Source: Ostreococcus lucimarinus (taxonomy: Eukaryota). From it: a stretch of DNA of 64,000 bases. The stretch lies in the NCBI GenBank assembly GCA_000092065.1, contig CP000591.1; one strand, 5' to 3'. How positions within the stretch are numbered: position 1 is the stretch's first letter; each line of letters starts with the position of its first letter. Shown piece after piece: positions 27,290 to 36,550 of this stretch. A program made the position numbers and the translations under genes. The notes below the pieces were generated by a model. That model did not search any database, was not told where the DNA came from, and saw only the letters and a program-made list of their open reading frames with translations.

Positions 27290-30200
27290 ATGTCCGCGAC
27301 GCGTTCGGTCGTCGCGTCCGCGACGCCGCGCCGTCGCGCGTCGCGTCCTCGAGCGACGAATCGTCGTCGACGGCTTCGCGCGCGCGCTTCATCCATCGCG
27401 ACGCGCGACGACGACGACGACGACGACGCGCGATCGAGGACGCGACGCCGACGACGAGGCGACGGCGCCGGACACCAGAGCGACCGCGAGGCGTCCGCGC
27501 GTCCCGACCGCGCGGACGCGTCGGCGCGATGGCGAAGGCTCGAGCGGGACGCGACGACGACGCTCGGGACGCGCGACGCGCTGAGCAAAAGGACGCTGGG
27601 CGCGGACGACGGAGGGTACGAGTGGCTCAGACGCGCGTGCGATGACGTGGCGGAGGACGTCGTGCGAGGGGTGATCGAAGGCGGCGGCGAATGGTCGAGG
27701 GAGGACGGGATGGTGGGGTTCGATTTGACGGCGGCGACGACGGCGGCGGCGAGGCGCGGCGGCGAGGCGCCGAACGCGACGTGCGGCGCGGCGATAGCGC
27801 ATCGAGCGACGACGAATCCGATGTTTTTGCGAGCGGCGTTCGAGCGGTTGGTGAGAGATGGGTTCGACGGGGACGAGGCGCGGGCGAAGGAGAGCGCGGC
27901 GTGGGGGTGGATTCGAGGGGCGATTGCGAAGCGGTCGAGCGGCGGCGATCGCGCGGACGCGGCGCGGGCGAAGAGGATGGCGAAGACGGAGGACGATGGG
28001 ACCGCGGACGTCGCCGAGCGCGCGCGGGAGGCGACGCGTGTGCGTGTGTCGACGTTCGTCGAGCGCGGACGGGAGTTGTTGGCGATAGAGCGCGCGAGGG
28101 AGATGGAGATGGCGGCGGAGACGGCGGTGGATCGCGAAGACGTCGAAGACGTCGACGACGAATCGTCTGGATTCGTTTCCGAAGAGTCGAGCGAGTTCGG
28201 CGCCGCGGTTTCTGGTTTGCGCTTAGTCGGCGCTACGCGCGGGTCGGACGGCAAAGCGCTGGTGGTGTTGCGCGCCGCGGACGGCGAGGCCATCGCGGTG
28301 AACTCGCTCACCGTGGGCGATCGAGTGACGATTTCGGCGTACGGCGACGAATTCGCGAGCGCGGACGAGTCCGCGGATGGGAGCGCGGCGACGTTTTCGA
28401 GCGAGGCCACGGTTCGGTTTATGGGTGACGCTCTGAATGCGACGGCGAAAGGGCGTTACGGAGACGCGTCGTCGATTTCATTAGAGTACGCCGACGACGA
28501 GCAGGCGCTCGTGCGCGCGCTCTCGGGTCTCGAGATTTGTCTCTCGCGGGCGCCGGACGAGACGACGTACGAACGTCAGGCACGCGCCCTGGACATTCTC
28601 GAATCTATTCCAGCGGTGAAACGTTCAAAACCGGCGTGTCTGCGCGTCGTGAAGACGATTTTCAGTGAAGACCGGCCAGCGATGTGGCGCGACGCGCGCG
28701 ATTTTTACGGAGGCGACGGCGCCGGTTTCGCCGCCGTGCCGACGAAGTCGCTCAAACGCGTCGACGCTCAATCGCTCGCGACGAAGACGTCGTTCGACGA
28801 ATCTCAGGTTCTCGCGCTGCGCGCGGCGGCTTCGACAAACTACCCCGTGGTGTGCATTCAAGGCCCACCGGGGACTGGTAAAACGAGCGTGGTGGTGGAA
28901 ATCATCGCCCAAGCCGCGGCGAGGGGCGAGCGCGTACTCGCGTGCGCGCCGAGCAATTTAGCGGTGGATAACCTGGTCGAGCGCCTGGACGGCGTCACCG
29001 ACGTTCGAGCGGTACGTTTCGGCGCACCCGAACGCATCAGCGCCGCCGCGCTCTCGTGCTCGCTCGACGCCAAAGTTTCCGAGGCGACCGAGTTGTTTTT
29101 CCAAACGCAACGCGTGGAATCGAGCGAGACGTCTACGAAACTTCGCGCGTTGATGGACCGCTATCAAAAGGCGACCAACGTGCCGAAAAAGCAAAGGGAA
29201 AAGCTTCAGAGCGAAATAGAGGCGCTGAAAAAGAAGCTCAAAACCACGGTGAGCGCTGGTACGAAGCATCGTAAGGCGTCGCAGGCAAAGATTTTGCGAG
29301 AAGCCAACGTGGTGTTGGCGACGAACGCGGGCGCGGGAATGGACACGGTGCAACAGCTGCCGCCCTTTGATCTCGTCGTCGTAGACGAGGCGGCGCAAGC
29401 GAGCGAACCTTTGAGTTGGATTCCACTCGTGCGCGGCAGACGCGCTGTTTTGATCGGTGATCCGTGCCAGTTGGCGCCCGTCGTGCGCTCGCTCGAAGCC
29501 GTCGAGGCGGGATTGGCTCGCTCGCTCATGTCGAGATTGATGCCCGCACCAGAAAATTTAGACGACGAAGACGACGGATGGAACGCGCGTGCATATGCCT
29601 CATCGGGCGTGCTCACCCTGACGCTCTCGACGCAGTACCGCTCACACGAAACCATTAGCTCGTGGTCGAGTCGTGAGGCGTACGGGGGACGCCTGCGCGC
29701 CGCCGAAAGCGTTCGCGGCGCCTTGCTTCGCGACTTGCCCGGAGTGCAAGATACGCAAATCACGCGCATACCCATGCTCATGATTACTGCTCGTTCGCCT
29801 TACGGGCGCATTCCAGCAGAGTGTAACGAACGTCGCGTTGGTGGCTCCTACATCAACGAAGGCGAGGCGACGACGGCGGCGGCGCACGTACTGATGATGC
29901 TCAAGGCGGGCGTGCGCGCGTCAGACATTGCGGTGATTTCTCCCTACGCCGCCCAAGTTCGCTTGCTTCGAAGCGTTCTCGCGGTCGCGCTCGAGGACGT
30001 TGAAGGCGCTGATGCTGTGGAGATTTCCTCGATCGATTCGTTTCAAGGGCGCGAGGCGGAGTGCGTCATCATCAGCACGGTGCGCTCGAATGCTCGCCGC
30101 GGCGTCGGTTTCTTGTCCGATAACCGACGCATGAACGTAGCGGTGACGCGCGGAAAACGACACGTGACAATCATAGGAGACGACAAGACAATCATGGGAG

Positions 30201-30295
30201 ATGCGTTTTTGCGACGACTCGTCGAGCACATCGAAGCCACCGCCGCCGCCGTAATTCCTCGCGTCGATCTATTCGCGCCGGTTGCCGCGACGTAG
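27290..30295 (+). CDS. UPF1-like superfamily-1 helicase, SMUBP-2/IGHMBP2-like (DNA2/NAM7 family)
   Basis: VVCIQGPPGTGKTSVVVEIIAQAAARGERVLACAPSNLAVDNLVERL (Walker A), DLVVVDEAAQ (Walker B), QYRSHE, and VAVTRGKRHVTIIGD motif VI. The N-terminal 430 aa is an acidic/Arg-rich extension. The track ORF opens on GTG at 27215, so I moved the start to the first in-frame ATG. Confidence 0.8.
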   Translation: MSATRSVVASATPRRRASRPRATNRRRRLRARASSIATRDDDDDDDARSRTRRRRRGDGAGHQSDREASARPDRADASARWRRLERDATTTLGTRDALSKRTLGADDGGYEWLRRACDDVAEDVVRGVIEGGGEWSREDGMVGFDLTAATTAAARRGGEAPNATCGAAIAHRATTNPMFLRAAFERLVRDGFDGDEARAKESAAWGWIRGAIAKRSSGGDRADAARAKRMAKTEDDGTADVAERAREATRVRVSTFVERGRELLAIERAREMEMAAETAVDREDVEDVDDESSGFVSEESSEFGAAVSGLRLVGATRGSDGKALVVLRAADGEAIAVNSLTVGDRVTISAYGDEFASADESADGSAATFSSEATVRFMGDALNATAKGRYGDASSISLEYADDEQALVRALSGLEICLSRAPDETTYERQARALDILESIPAVKRSKPACLRVVKTIFSEDRPAMWRDARDFYGGDGAGFAAVPTKSLKRVDAQSLATKTSFDESQVLALRAAASTNYPVVCIQGPPGTGKTSVVVEIIAQAAARGERVLACAPSNLAVDNLVERLDGVTDVRAVRFGAPERISAAALSCSLDAKVSEATELFFQTQRVESSETSTKLRALMDRYQKATNVPKKQREKLQSEIEALKKKLKTTVSAGTKHRKASQAKILREANVVLATNAGAGMDTVQQLPPFDLVVVDEAAQASEPLSWIPLVRGRRAVLIGDPCQLAPVVRSLEAVEAGLARSLMSRLMPAPENLDDEDDGWNARAYASSGVLTLTLSTQYRSHETISSWSSREAYGGRLRAAESVRGALLRDLPGVQDTQITRIPMLMITARSPYGRIPAECNERRVGGSYINEGEATTAAAHVLMMLKAGVRASDIAVISPYAAQVRLLRSVLAVALEDVEGADAVEISSIDSFQGREAECVIISTVRSNARRGVGFLSDNRRMNVAVTRGKRHVTIIGDDKTIMGDAFLRRLVEHIEATAAAVIPRVDLFAPVAAT

Positions 30296-30362
30296 CACCG
30301 CAATATTATTAGCATGACTAGCTCACACGATGCACGCAACTTAGTGAAAGATTCACTCATCG

Positions 30363-30367
30363 TAGCT
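30363..30367 (-). promoter_or_regulatory. TGTAA (on the minus strand) about 32 nt downstream of the stop of the 30399..31643 gene.
   Basis: Plus strand cattacatgg is ccatgTAATg on the minus strand. Positions read by eye and may be off by one or two bases. Confidence 0.2.
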
Positions 30368-30398
30368 CATTACATGGTGCGCTAATCGTGAATCGCTC

Positions 30399-31643
30399 TT
30401 AAAACTTTCGCGAGAATTCCTGCTCGGCGATTTTCGCTCGCGCGATGACGTCGCCCGTGACGCGCGAAATGGCCACGCGCGCTTCGCGTTGCGTCGTCAC
30501 CAACTTTTCGCGTAAATCCTCGTTTTCGCGCCGCAACTCTCGAAGTGCCTTGCGCATGGCTTCCATGTCACTTCCATGGATCGCAGCGTCGACATCCACA
30601 CTCGACGCGCTCAGCGGCGAGTCAAACTTGAGCTGCGTGCCGCCCATGCGCGGCGAGTTGGAATCAATCGCCGCCAAATTTGCCATCTTTGAAGGCGCTG
30701 GGGACATGGACAGACGCCTGATCGCCTGCTGCACCTTTAAAATCGAATTCGTCACGCTCTCAGCCGTGTCTTCGCTCTTCGTGGGCTCGGGAGATTTCTC
30801 TGGCGCGCGCTTCGTTCCAGGAGGCGGCATGACGTCCCCAGATTTTCGCTTAGCCTTGCTCTTTGCCGCCACGACCGCGGGCGGCGCCGGTGCCGGCGCC
30901 GCGGCCGCCATACCGGGGAGGTTGGCAAACAAGTATCCACCGCCACCGCCGCCGAATCCGTTCAACGCAGCGCCGGACATCGTGGCGAGCGACGCTTGCT
31001 GCTTCGCCGCCTCGTCGAGCTTGGCCTTGTTCGCCGCCGCCGCCGCGTCGTTGGCACCTTGGTGTAATCGCTGCATGTGCGGCGGTCGTTGATTCGGTCG
31101 CGCGGGCGACGGTGACGCCATCTGCGCCATCAATCGCGCGTAGTATCCTTTCCCTTGCCACGACTCTTGCAGTTGCTCGCGCAAGCTCTTGGCGTGCAGC
31201 GATTTCGCCGGCGACGGCGCGTAGTCGGGCAACATTTCATCCGCCGCCTTCATGAGTTCCGCCACGCGACTGTGCACGTCGCTCACCGTGTCTTCGACCG
31301 CATGTCCGTTCGCCTTACGCTCGGCGAGCTCTTCTTCGTACCGAGCCTTGGCGTACGCCTCGAGGTACGCCTGGCGTTGCCTGGGATTCCCGACAAACGC
31401 CGGCGACGGCGGCACTTCATCCGCCGCCACGGATTCCCAGCTCTGAAACTCCCCGAACCGCGTCACGCCTTTGTGCGTCCTCCGGGATGATCTACGCTTG
31501 TTATTATTTCCTCCATCCACCCCCTCCTCGCTCGAATTCGTCATGTGCGAGCTCGTGCTATCGTTAAACGACGCGTCCGCGCGATTTCCCGGCGGCGTGC
31601 GTCCGCTCGACGAAGACCCCGCGCTCAGCTTTCTCCCCACCAT
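30399..31643 (-). CDS. Hypothetical protein (Ser/Gly/Ala-rich, C-terminal leucine-zipper-like coiled coil).
   Basis: The track ORF 30399..31805 opens on GTG; 31643 is the first in-frame ATG. The C-terminus MEAMRKALRELRRENEDLREKLVTTQREARVAI is zipper-like and the basic patch KSKAKRKSGD is noted. No canonical bZIP N-x7-R basic motif. Weak call. Confidence 0.35.
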   Translation of the reverse strand: MVGRKLSAGSSSSGRTPPGNRADASFNDSTSSHMTNSSEEGVDGGNNNKRRSSRRTHKGVTRFGEFQSWESVAADEVPPSPAFVGNPRQRQAYLEAYAKARYEEELAERKANGHAVEDTVSDVHSRVAELMKAADEMLPDYAPSPAKSLHAKSLREQLQESWQGKGYYARLMAQMASPSPARPNQRPPHMQRLHQGANDAAAAANKAKLDEAAKQQASLATMSGAALNGFGGGGGGYLFANLPGMAAAAPAPAPPAVVAAKSKAKRKSGDVMPPPGTKRAPEKSPEPTKSEDTAESVTNSILKVQQAIRRLSMSPAPSKMANLAAIDSNSPRMGGTQLKFDSPLSASSVDVDAAIHGSDMEAMRKALRELRRENEDLREKLVTTQREARVAISRVTGDVIARAKIAEQEFSRKF

Positions 31644-32303
31644 CGACGCCGGCGTCGGCTCCAATCCGGGCGGTGAGTTCGACGCCCCCGAAAATGACGC
31701 ATTCTTGCTCACATCCGGTATCGAGCTAAACGACAGATCCGCCGCGTCTCCCGACGCGCGTCCGCTCGACCGCCGTCTCGGCGCGTCGTCCCCCTTTTGC
31801 GTCACGTCCGAGTTCCGTTTCGCGTTCCCGCGCGTCGCGCGCCCGCTCGACGTCGACGATTTTCCCTGCGCGCGCGCGCGTCAGTCACCGCGTCGCGCGC
31901 GCGCGTCGAGGTTCGAAAACGTTCGTCGCGGGGGAACGTCATCGCGATGCGTCGTCGCGCGCGCATCGTCGCGCGCGCGCGATCCAGCCGTCCGCGCGCG
32001 CCGGCGCGCCGCGCCGCGATCGCGCGCGCACGTTCGCGTCGATCGCGACGCACCTTATTCGTCGCGTCGTTGAGCGCGGGCATGACGCGTCGTGTTTTGG
32101 CGATTTCGTGGAAGTGACGTTTTGCTTCCCCGTTGTTCCCCCGCGCGCGAGGCGCGAGACGTCGAGACGTCGAGACGTCTCGCCGAGCGATGCGCGCGGG
32201 CGCGAGCGGCGACGCGCGGGCGATGCGATGGATTACAACAGTGATGTACACGTACGGCGATGTACAGTCGATGCGCGGTATTGATGCGCGATACAGGTTC
32301 GAA

Positions 32304-33185
32304 TCAGTCGGCGGTCGGCCCTTCCCAAAAGCCGTCGACCATCCACTCGCTCGCGTCGTCGGCGAAGAAATCATCCCGCTCGCGATCCGCCGCCTCGCGC
32401 TCGTCCCACATTCGCTCGTAATCTTCCAAGCGGGTGTCGTCCTCGGACGCGCTGTCGAGGAGCATGTTTTGAATGCTGATGGGCAAGCTCTCGACGTAGT
32501 CGTACGAGTGGATGCGATATATAAGTTCTGGGAATTCGTCGACGACGGCGCGCGCGTCGCAATTCGGTTCCAAACTCGCCAGTTTTGCCACCGCGCGCTC
32601 AATGTGGGCGTGAATGTCATCCACCAGTAATAATTGCGGATGACGCTCGATCAATCCGGTGACATCGCGACACATATCGCTCGAGCACAAAACGTCTTGC
32701 AACTCGAGCACGCGTTTACTCGCGGCGACGAATTCAATTTTCAAAACCCCTGGGTCGCGTTCGAACACCGCGCACACGTCGATGTCCGGCAGAAGTCTTC
32801 GCAGGCGATCGCCCGCGATCGCGATCTGCGCTGGATCGCGCATTTCACGGTGCGTTTCGCCGACGTCGACGAGCGCGCGCACGACGCGATCTCTCGCGCC
32901 CGCGTACTCGCGCCAAAACGTCACCAGTTCCACCGCCCACGGTTCGGTGTAGCCGAGGTTGTCCACGTCGACCGCCGCATCGAGCGCGTTTTGAGCCTTG
33001 GCTTCGTCGCGGCGACGCGCGGACGCGCGGCACGCGCTGGGACGACGGACCGAGCGCGCCGAGTGCCTCGGCTGCGCGTTCAAAAGCGCGCCGGAAGACG
33101 CGCGCGCGCGGCGCGCTGAGTGAATCGAAGCGGGCGCGGGGGTGCGGACGCGCGCGCGCACGCCAGCGGCGATGACGCGAGGCAT
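32304..33185 (-). CDS. Hypothetical protein, probably organelle-targeted (Arg/Ser-rich presequence).
   Basis: True ATG at 33185. The N-terminus MPRVIAAGVRARVRTPAPASIHSARRARASSGALLNAQPRHSARSVRRPSA is transit-peptide-like. The mature part is acidic and not low-complexity (LGYTEPWAVELVTFWREYAG...ELIYRIHSYDYVESLPISIQNML). Confidence 0.4.
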   Translation of the reverse strand: MPRVIAAGVRARVRTPAPASIHSARRARASSGALLNAQPRHSARSVRRPSACRASARRRDEAKAQNALDAAVDVDNLGYTEPWAVELVTFWREYAGARDRVVRALVDVGETHREMRDPAQIAIAGDRLRRLLPDIDVCAVFERDPGVLKIEFVAASKRVLELQDVLCSSDMCRDVTGLIERHPQLLLVDDIHAHIERAVAKLASLEPNCDARAVVDEFPELIYRIHSYDYVESLPISIQNMLLDSASEDDTRLEDYERMWDEREAADRERDDFFADDASEWMVDGFWEGPTAD

Positions 33186-33366
33186 GGCGCCGACGCTCGC
33201 GCGGTCACCGCGCGCGGCGGTGTGACGAGGCGCGTCGCGGCGCGCGCGGGACGCGGCGGTTCGCGGCGGTTGGCGGTCGTTCGTATTATTCTATTCTCAA
33301 TCTCGAACGGTGGGCGTTCGCGCGCTATGGTTCGACGTCGATGTAATCGCGGGTCGTCGACGCCGT

Positions 33367-36243
33367 TCACTTGTGTTTGAGTTTGGAGACGAAATCGTCG
33401 ACGCTGAATTCTTCGGCGTATTGCGCCTCGTCCCACATTTCTTCGAGTCCGTTGACGATGTTGGAGAGACCGCCAGAAGCGGCGCCCGCGGCGGCGGCGG
33501 CCGCGCCCTTGGCGACGGGTGCACCGTCTTTGCCGAGTTTGACACCCTTCTCCGCGGTGAAGAGCTCGAGCATTTGACCGGTGTCCATGGCGCTCATGGA
33601 CGCGTTGTCGGCGTTCACCACGGCGTTGGCGACGTCGAGCTTGAAGCGCTGCAGAGACATGATTTTCTCTTCGAGCGTGCCGCGAGTGAGGATGCGGTAG
33701 ACGTTCACGGTCTTGCGTTGACCGAGTCGGTGTGCGCGATCCATGGCTTGCAAATCCTTCTGCGGGTTCCAGTCGTGCTCGAGGAAGACGACGGTGTCGG
33801 CGGATGTCAAGTTTAATCCCAAACCGCCGACGTGCGTCGTGAGCAAGAGCACGTCGATTGACGGGTCTGCGTTAAACTTGCGCACAACATCGAATCGCTG
33901 CGATGGTGGAATACTCCCATCGAGTCGTAACCAGCTTACGTCGCGCATTTGCGTCGTGAAAAGTTCGTTTTCTACCAAGTCGAGCAAGCTCTTGAGCTGG
34001 GAAAACACCAAGACGCGATGACCGGCGCCCGACGCCGGATTCGGCTTCCCCTCGTCCCCGTTGGACTTTTCTTCTTCTAAGTCTACTCCAATGCCACAAT
34101 CAATCAATATTTGCTTCAACGCATCGAATTTCGGCGAGCGCATCTCAGGATTGAACTTTTTGCTCGCGCCGTCAGACACGACGAGTTTCGGATGCGAGCA
34201 CAGCTTGCGCAAGTATTGCAGCGTCGTGAAGACGTGTTGCGCCGCGCCTTCGGCGCCTCCACCGCCTTCAATCGCGCTCACGGCTTGATCCTTTGCTTCG
34301 CTTGATTCGAACGCATCGTACATCTTGCGCTGCGCGTCCGTGAGTTCGACGTAGACGTCTTGAATAATCTTGGGCGGCAAATCCTTGAGCACTTCGTCCT
34401 TTGTGCGGCGCATGACGAAGGGCATGACTTGCTTGTGCAGTGCACCCGTGGCGAGCGCGCCTTGCTCGCTCAGTCCACCGCCTTTCTTCGCAGCCGCCGA
34501 TCTCGCCGCGGCGATGCCGTAAGTCTTCTTGAACTCGCGCTCGGTGCCTAAAAATCCAGGCATGAGAAAGTCGAACAAACTCCAAAGTTCCACGACGTCG
34601 TTTTGAATCGGCGTGCCGGAGAGCAACAATCGGTGCTCCGCGCGCACGCTCTTCACCGCTTGCGTCACGCGACTTTTTGGGTTGCGGATGGCGTGACCTT
34701 CGTCCAAGACGCAGTAACACCAGTCGAATTTGTCCAACGAATCGAAATCGGCGCGAACAGATTCATACGACATGATGACGACGTCGTACTTGCCAAAGTC
34801 CTTCTGTAACGCGCGACGGTCGGGTGGACTGCCGTGGTACTCAAGCGGGCGCAACACATCCGGTTCGACGTAAAGCCCGATCTCGTACGCCCAGTGACTG
34901 ACGAGGGTGCTCGGGCAGATCACCAAGTGCGGGAGTGTTTTCAATCCAGCTTCCTTGCGCTCCACCGTCGTCGCGGCGAGAATGCACGTCGATTGAAGCG
35001 TCTTTCCAAGACCCATGTCGTCCGCGAGCGCACCGTGCAACTTGAAGCGACGCAAGAACGCGAGCCAATTCACACCATCTTGCTGATACGGGCGCAGCGT
35101 GCGCGCACACTTGAACGGGAGTTTGAAGTCTTCAATCTTGCTGTTGTCCAAGAGCGCCTCGAGGAATTCGCCATCCTTCTTTGAGCGTTCTTTTTGCTTG
35201 GTCGTCAGATCGTTCGGCGGTTCTTTACCGACAGCGAGCGGAAGCAACGGTACCAGCTTTGCGAACGCACGGGTGGCGTTTCCACGAATTTTCAGATCCG
35301 GATCACTCATTCGACCCATCAGAGGAACGAGAAGTAAGACGCAATACGGCGCGAGCACGGCGCCGAGTGTGTCGACAAGTTCGCTCGCGAGGCCGACGGC
35401 ACCAGCACGCTTCGCCGTCTGCGAGGCCGCCTCTCCTTCTTCTAACTTCGGCACGATGAAGTCTAACAACGACGAAATGATTCGCTCGGGATGCTTCGAA
35501 GCGATGCTCGCTATGGTCTTTGCCGCAGTTTTCCGCACCGCGACGTCGGTGTACAACGCTGCGGCGAACGCCGTCTTGGTCGTTTCGATAACTTTCTCCT
35601 CCAAAGCTTCGTGCACCACGGGGCCTAAAATCTTGAACAACTGCAACGCATCGACGAGTGACTGCAGCGTTGCGGTGGGAGCATTTTCAGGCGGGGCTTG
35701 CGTGATCGGCTTCATCATGAGCGCGTCCAACGCGCCAAGTTGGTTGAAAACGTCCGCTCCGAAGAGCGAAGCCGCCGAACGAATCACCGCCTCGCCACCG
35801 CGTCTCGCGATTGTCGCGTCACTGATAACTTCTTCATCGACGATGCCCGCGACGGACTTCTTCTTCTTCCCATCATCTTCCTCTTCTTCTACTTCTTCCG
35901 TCAATCCAGCTTTGGGCGTCTCGGCTTCGTCGCCGCAAATCATCGACGTGATGTTCTTGAGAAGCTTATCGTTAGGCGACGGCGAGCGCGAAGTGCACAG
36001 CTTCATCATAGCCGCCACCGAAGCCGCGGCATGTGCTTGCAAATCTGCATCGCGTTCGCGACGCACAGACGACATCAACGGTTGAATGAATGGATTCAGT
36101 TTCGGAGGCAACGCGCCGAAACCGACAGCGGCACCCGCGGCGGCGGCGAGCACGGCGCCGTGAAGCTTCGCTTCGGTATCTCGCAAACGTTGCGCGGATG
36201 CATGAAGAGAACCTCGCGCCGTTTCCACGGCAGCTATCTCGGA
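33367..36243 (-). CDS. MOT1: TATA-binding-protein-associated factor Mot1/BTAF1, exon 2 (C-terminal HEAT repeats + SNF2-family ATPase).
   Basis: SNF2 motifs: LRPYQQDGVNWLAFL, LADDMGLGKTLQSTCILA, CYCVLDEGHAIRNPKS, LLLSGTPIQN, helicase-C (RVLVFSQLKSLLDLV...LLLTTHVGGLGLNLTSADTVVFLEHDWNPQKDLQAMDRAHRLGQ). The track ORF 33367..36300 opens on TTG. The real exon starts after the CAG acceptor at 36246..36244. Confidence 0.8.
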   Translation of the reverse strand, partial: SEIAAVETARGSLHASAQRLRDTEAKLHGAVLAAAAGAAVGFGALPPKLNPFIQPLMSSVRRERDADLQAHAAASVAAMMKLCTSRSPSPNDKLLKNITSMICGDEAETPKAGLTEEVEEEEDDGKKKKSVAGIVDEEVISDATIARRGGEAVIRSAASLFGADVFNQLGALDALMMKPITQAPPENAPTATLQSLVDALQLFKILGPVVHEALEEKVIETTKTAFAAALYTDVAVRKTAAKTIASIASKHPERIISSLLDFIVPKLEEGEAASQTAKRAGAVGLASELVDTLGAVLAPYCVLLLVPLMGRMSDPDLKIRGNATRAFAKLVPLLPLAVGKEPPNDLTTKQKERSKKDGEFLEALLDNSKIEDFKLPFKCARTLRPYQQDGVNWLAFLRRFKLHGALADDMGLGKTLQSTCILAATTVERKEAGLKTLPHLVICPSTLVSHWAYEIGLYVEPDVLRPLEYHGSPPDRRALQKDFGKYDVVIMSYESVRADFDSLDKFDWCYCVLDEGHAIRNPKSRVTQAVKSVRAEHRLLLSGTPIQNDVVELWSLFDFLMPGFLGTEREFKKTYGIAAARSAAAKKGGGLSEQGALATGALHKQVMPFVMRRTKDEVLKDLPPKIIQDVYVELTDAQRKMYDAFESSEAKDQAVSAIEGGGGAEGAAQHVFTTLQYLRKLCSHPKLVVSDGASKKFNPEMRSPKFDALKQILIDCGIGVDLEEEKSNGDEGKPNPASGAGHRVLVFSQLKSLLDLVENELFTTQMRDVSWLRLDGSIPPSQRFDVVRKFNADPSIDVLLLTTHVGGLGLNLTSADTVVFLEHDWNPQKDLQAMDRAHRLGQRKTVNVYRILTRGTLEEKIMSLQRFKLDVANAVVNADNASMSAMDTGQMLELFTAEKGVKLGKDGAPVAKGAAAAAAGAASGGLSNIVNGLEEMWDEAQYAEEFSVDDFVSKLKHK

Positions 36244-36550
36244 CTGCGATGGAAAGAGTCGATCGTGGTTGGTCAGTCTCGTACGAGTTCGGTGGCGCAA
36301 TGGGGGATGTTCGAGGACTTATACTTCTCTTCGGGCAATGCTAGCTCTGAGGAAACCTGTGAGCCTCGTTTTTATGTAGGAGCTGGACACGACGCAAGCG
36401 TTCGTCCGATGCCCGTGATACTAAACCCATGTGGTGAAACCGCATGAAATACCACGCGCAGAGTGCGCGCGGCGCCGATCGTACGTGTAGACGTCGCCGC
36501 CGCCGCGCGCGAACTCCGAAGCGAGAAAAAATCGAACACGTGAAACGTAC
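36244..36550 (-). other. MOT1: Spliceosomal intron in Mot1/BTAF1 (307 nt, phase 0): GTACGT donor, CTGAC branch-like site about 29 nt upstream, CAG acceptor.
   Basis: The upstream ORF (36341..38983, frame 1) and the downstream ORF (frame 0) are both Mot1 halves. The minus-strand read is ...GCG GCT GTG CCA CAG | gtacgtttcacgtgttcgatttttt ... gagactgaccaaccacgatcgactctttccatcgcag | TCC GAG ATA GCT. Junction coordinates were verified against the plus-strand ORF-track translations that cover them. The interval is visibly lower in GC than the flanking exons. Confidence 0.7.

Noticed and set aside
26398-28410. 670-aa minus-strand ORF spanning the BRUTUS 5' end, the intergenic region and the helicase 5' end
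   Set aside because: Ser/Arg/Ala-rich and crosses a divergent promoter. Both flanking genes are well supported on their own strands and frames.
32265-32300. tRNA-like T-loop motif GGTTCGAATC in the 31806-32303 spacer
   Set aside because: The flanks do not form a T-stem (the 49-53 / 61-65 pairing fails), and there is no acceptor, D-arm or anticodon-arm complementarity. Coincidental motif. I could not support any tRNA gene in the window by eye.
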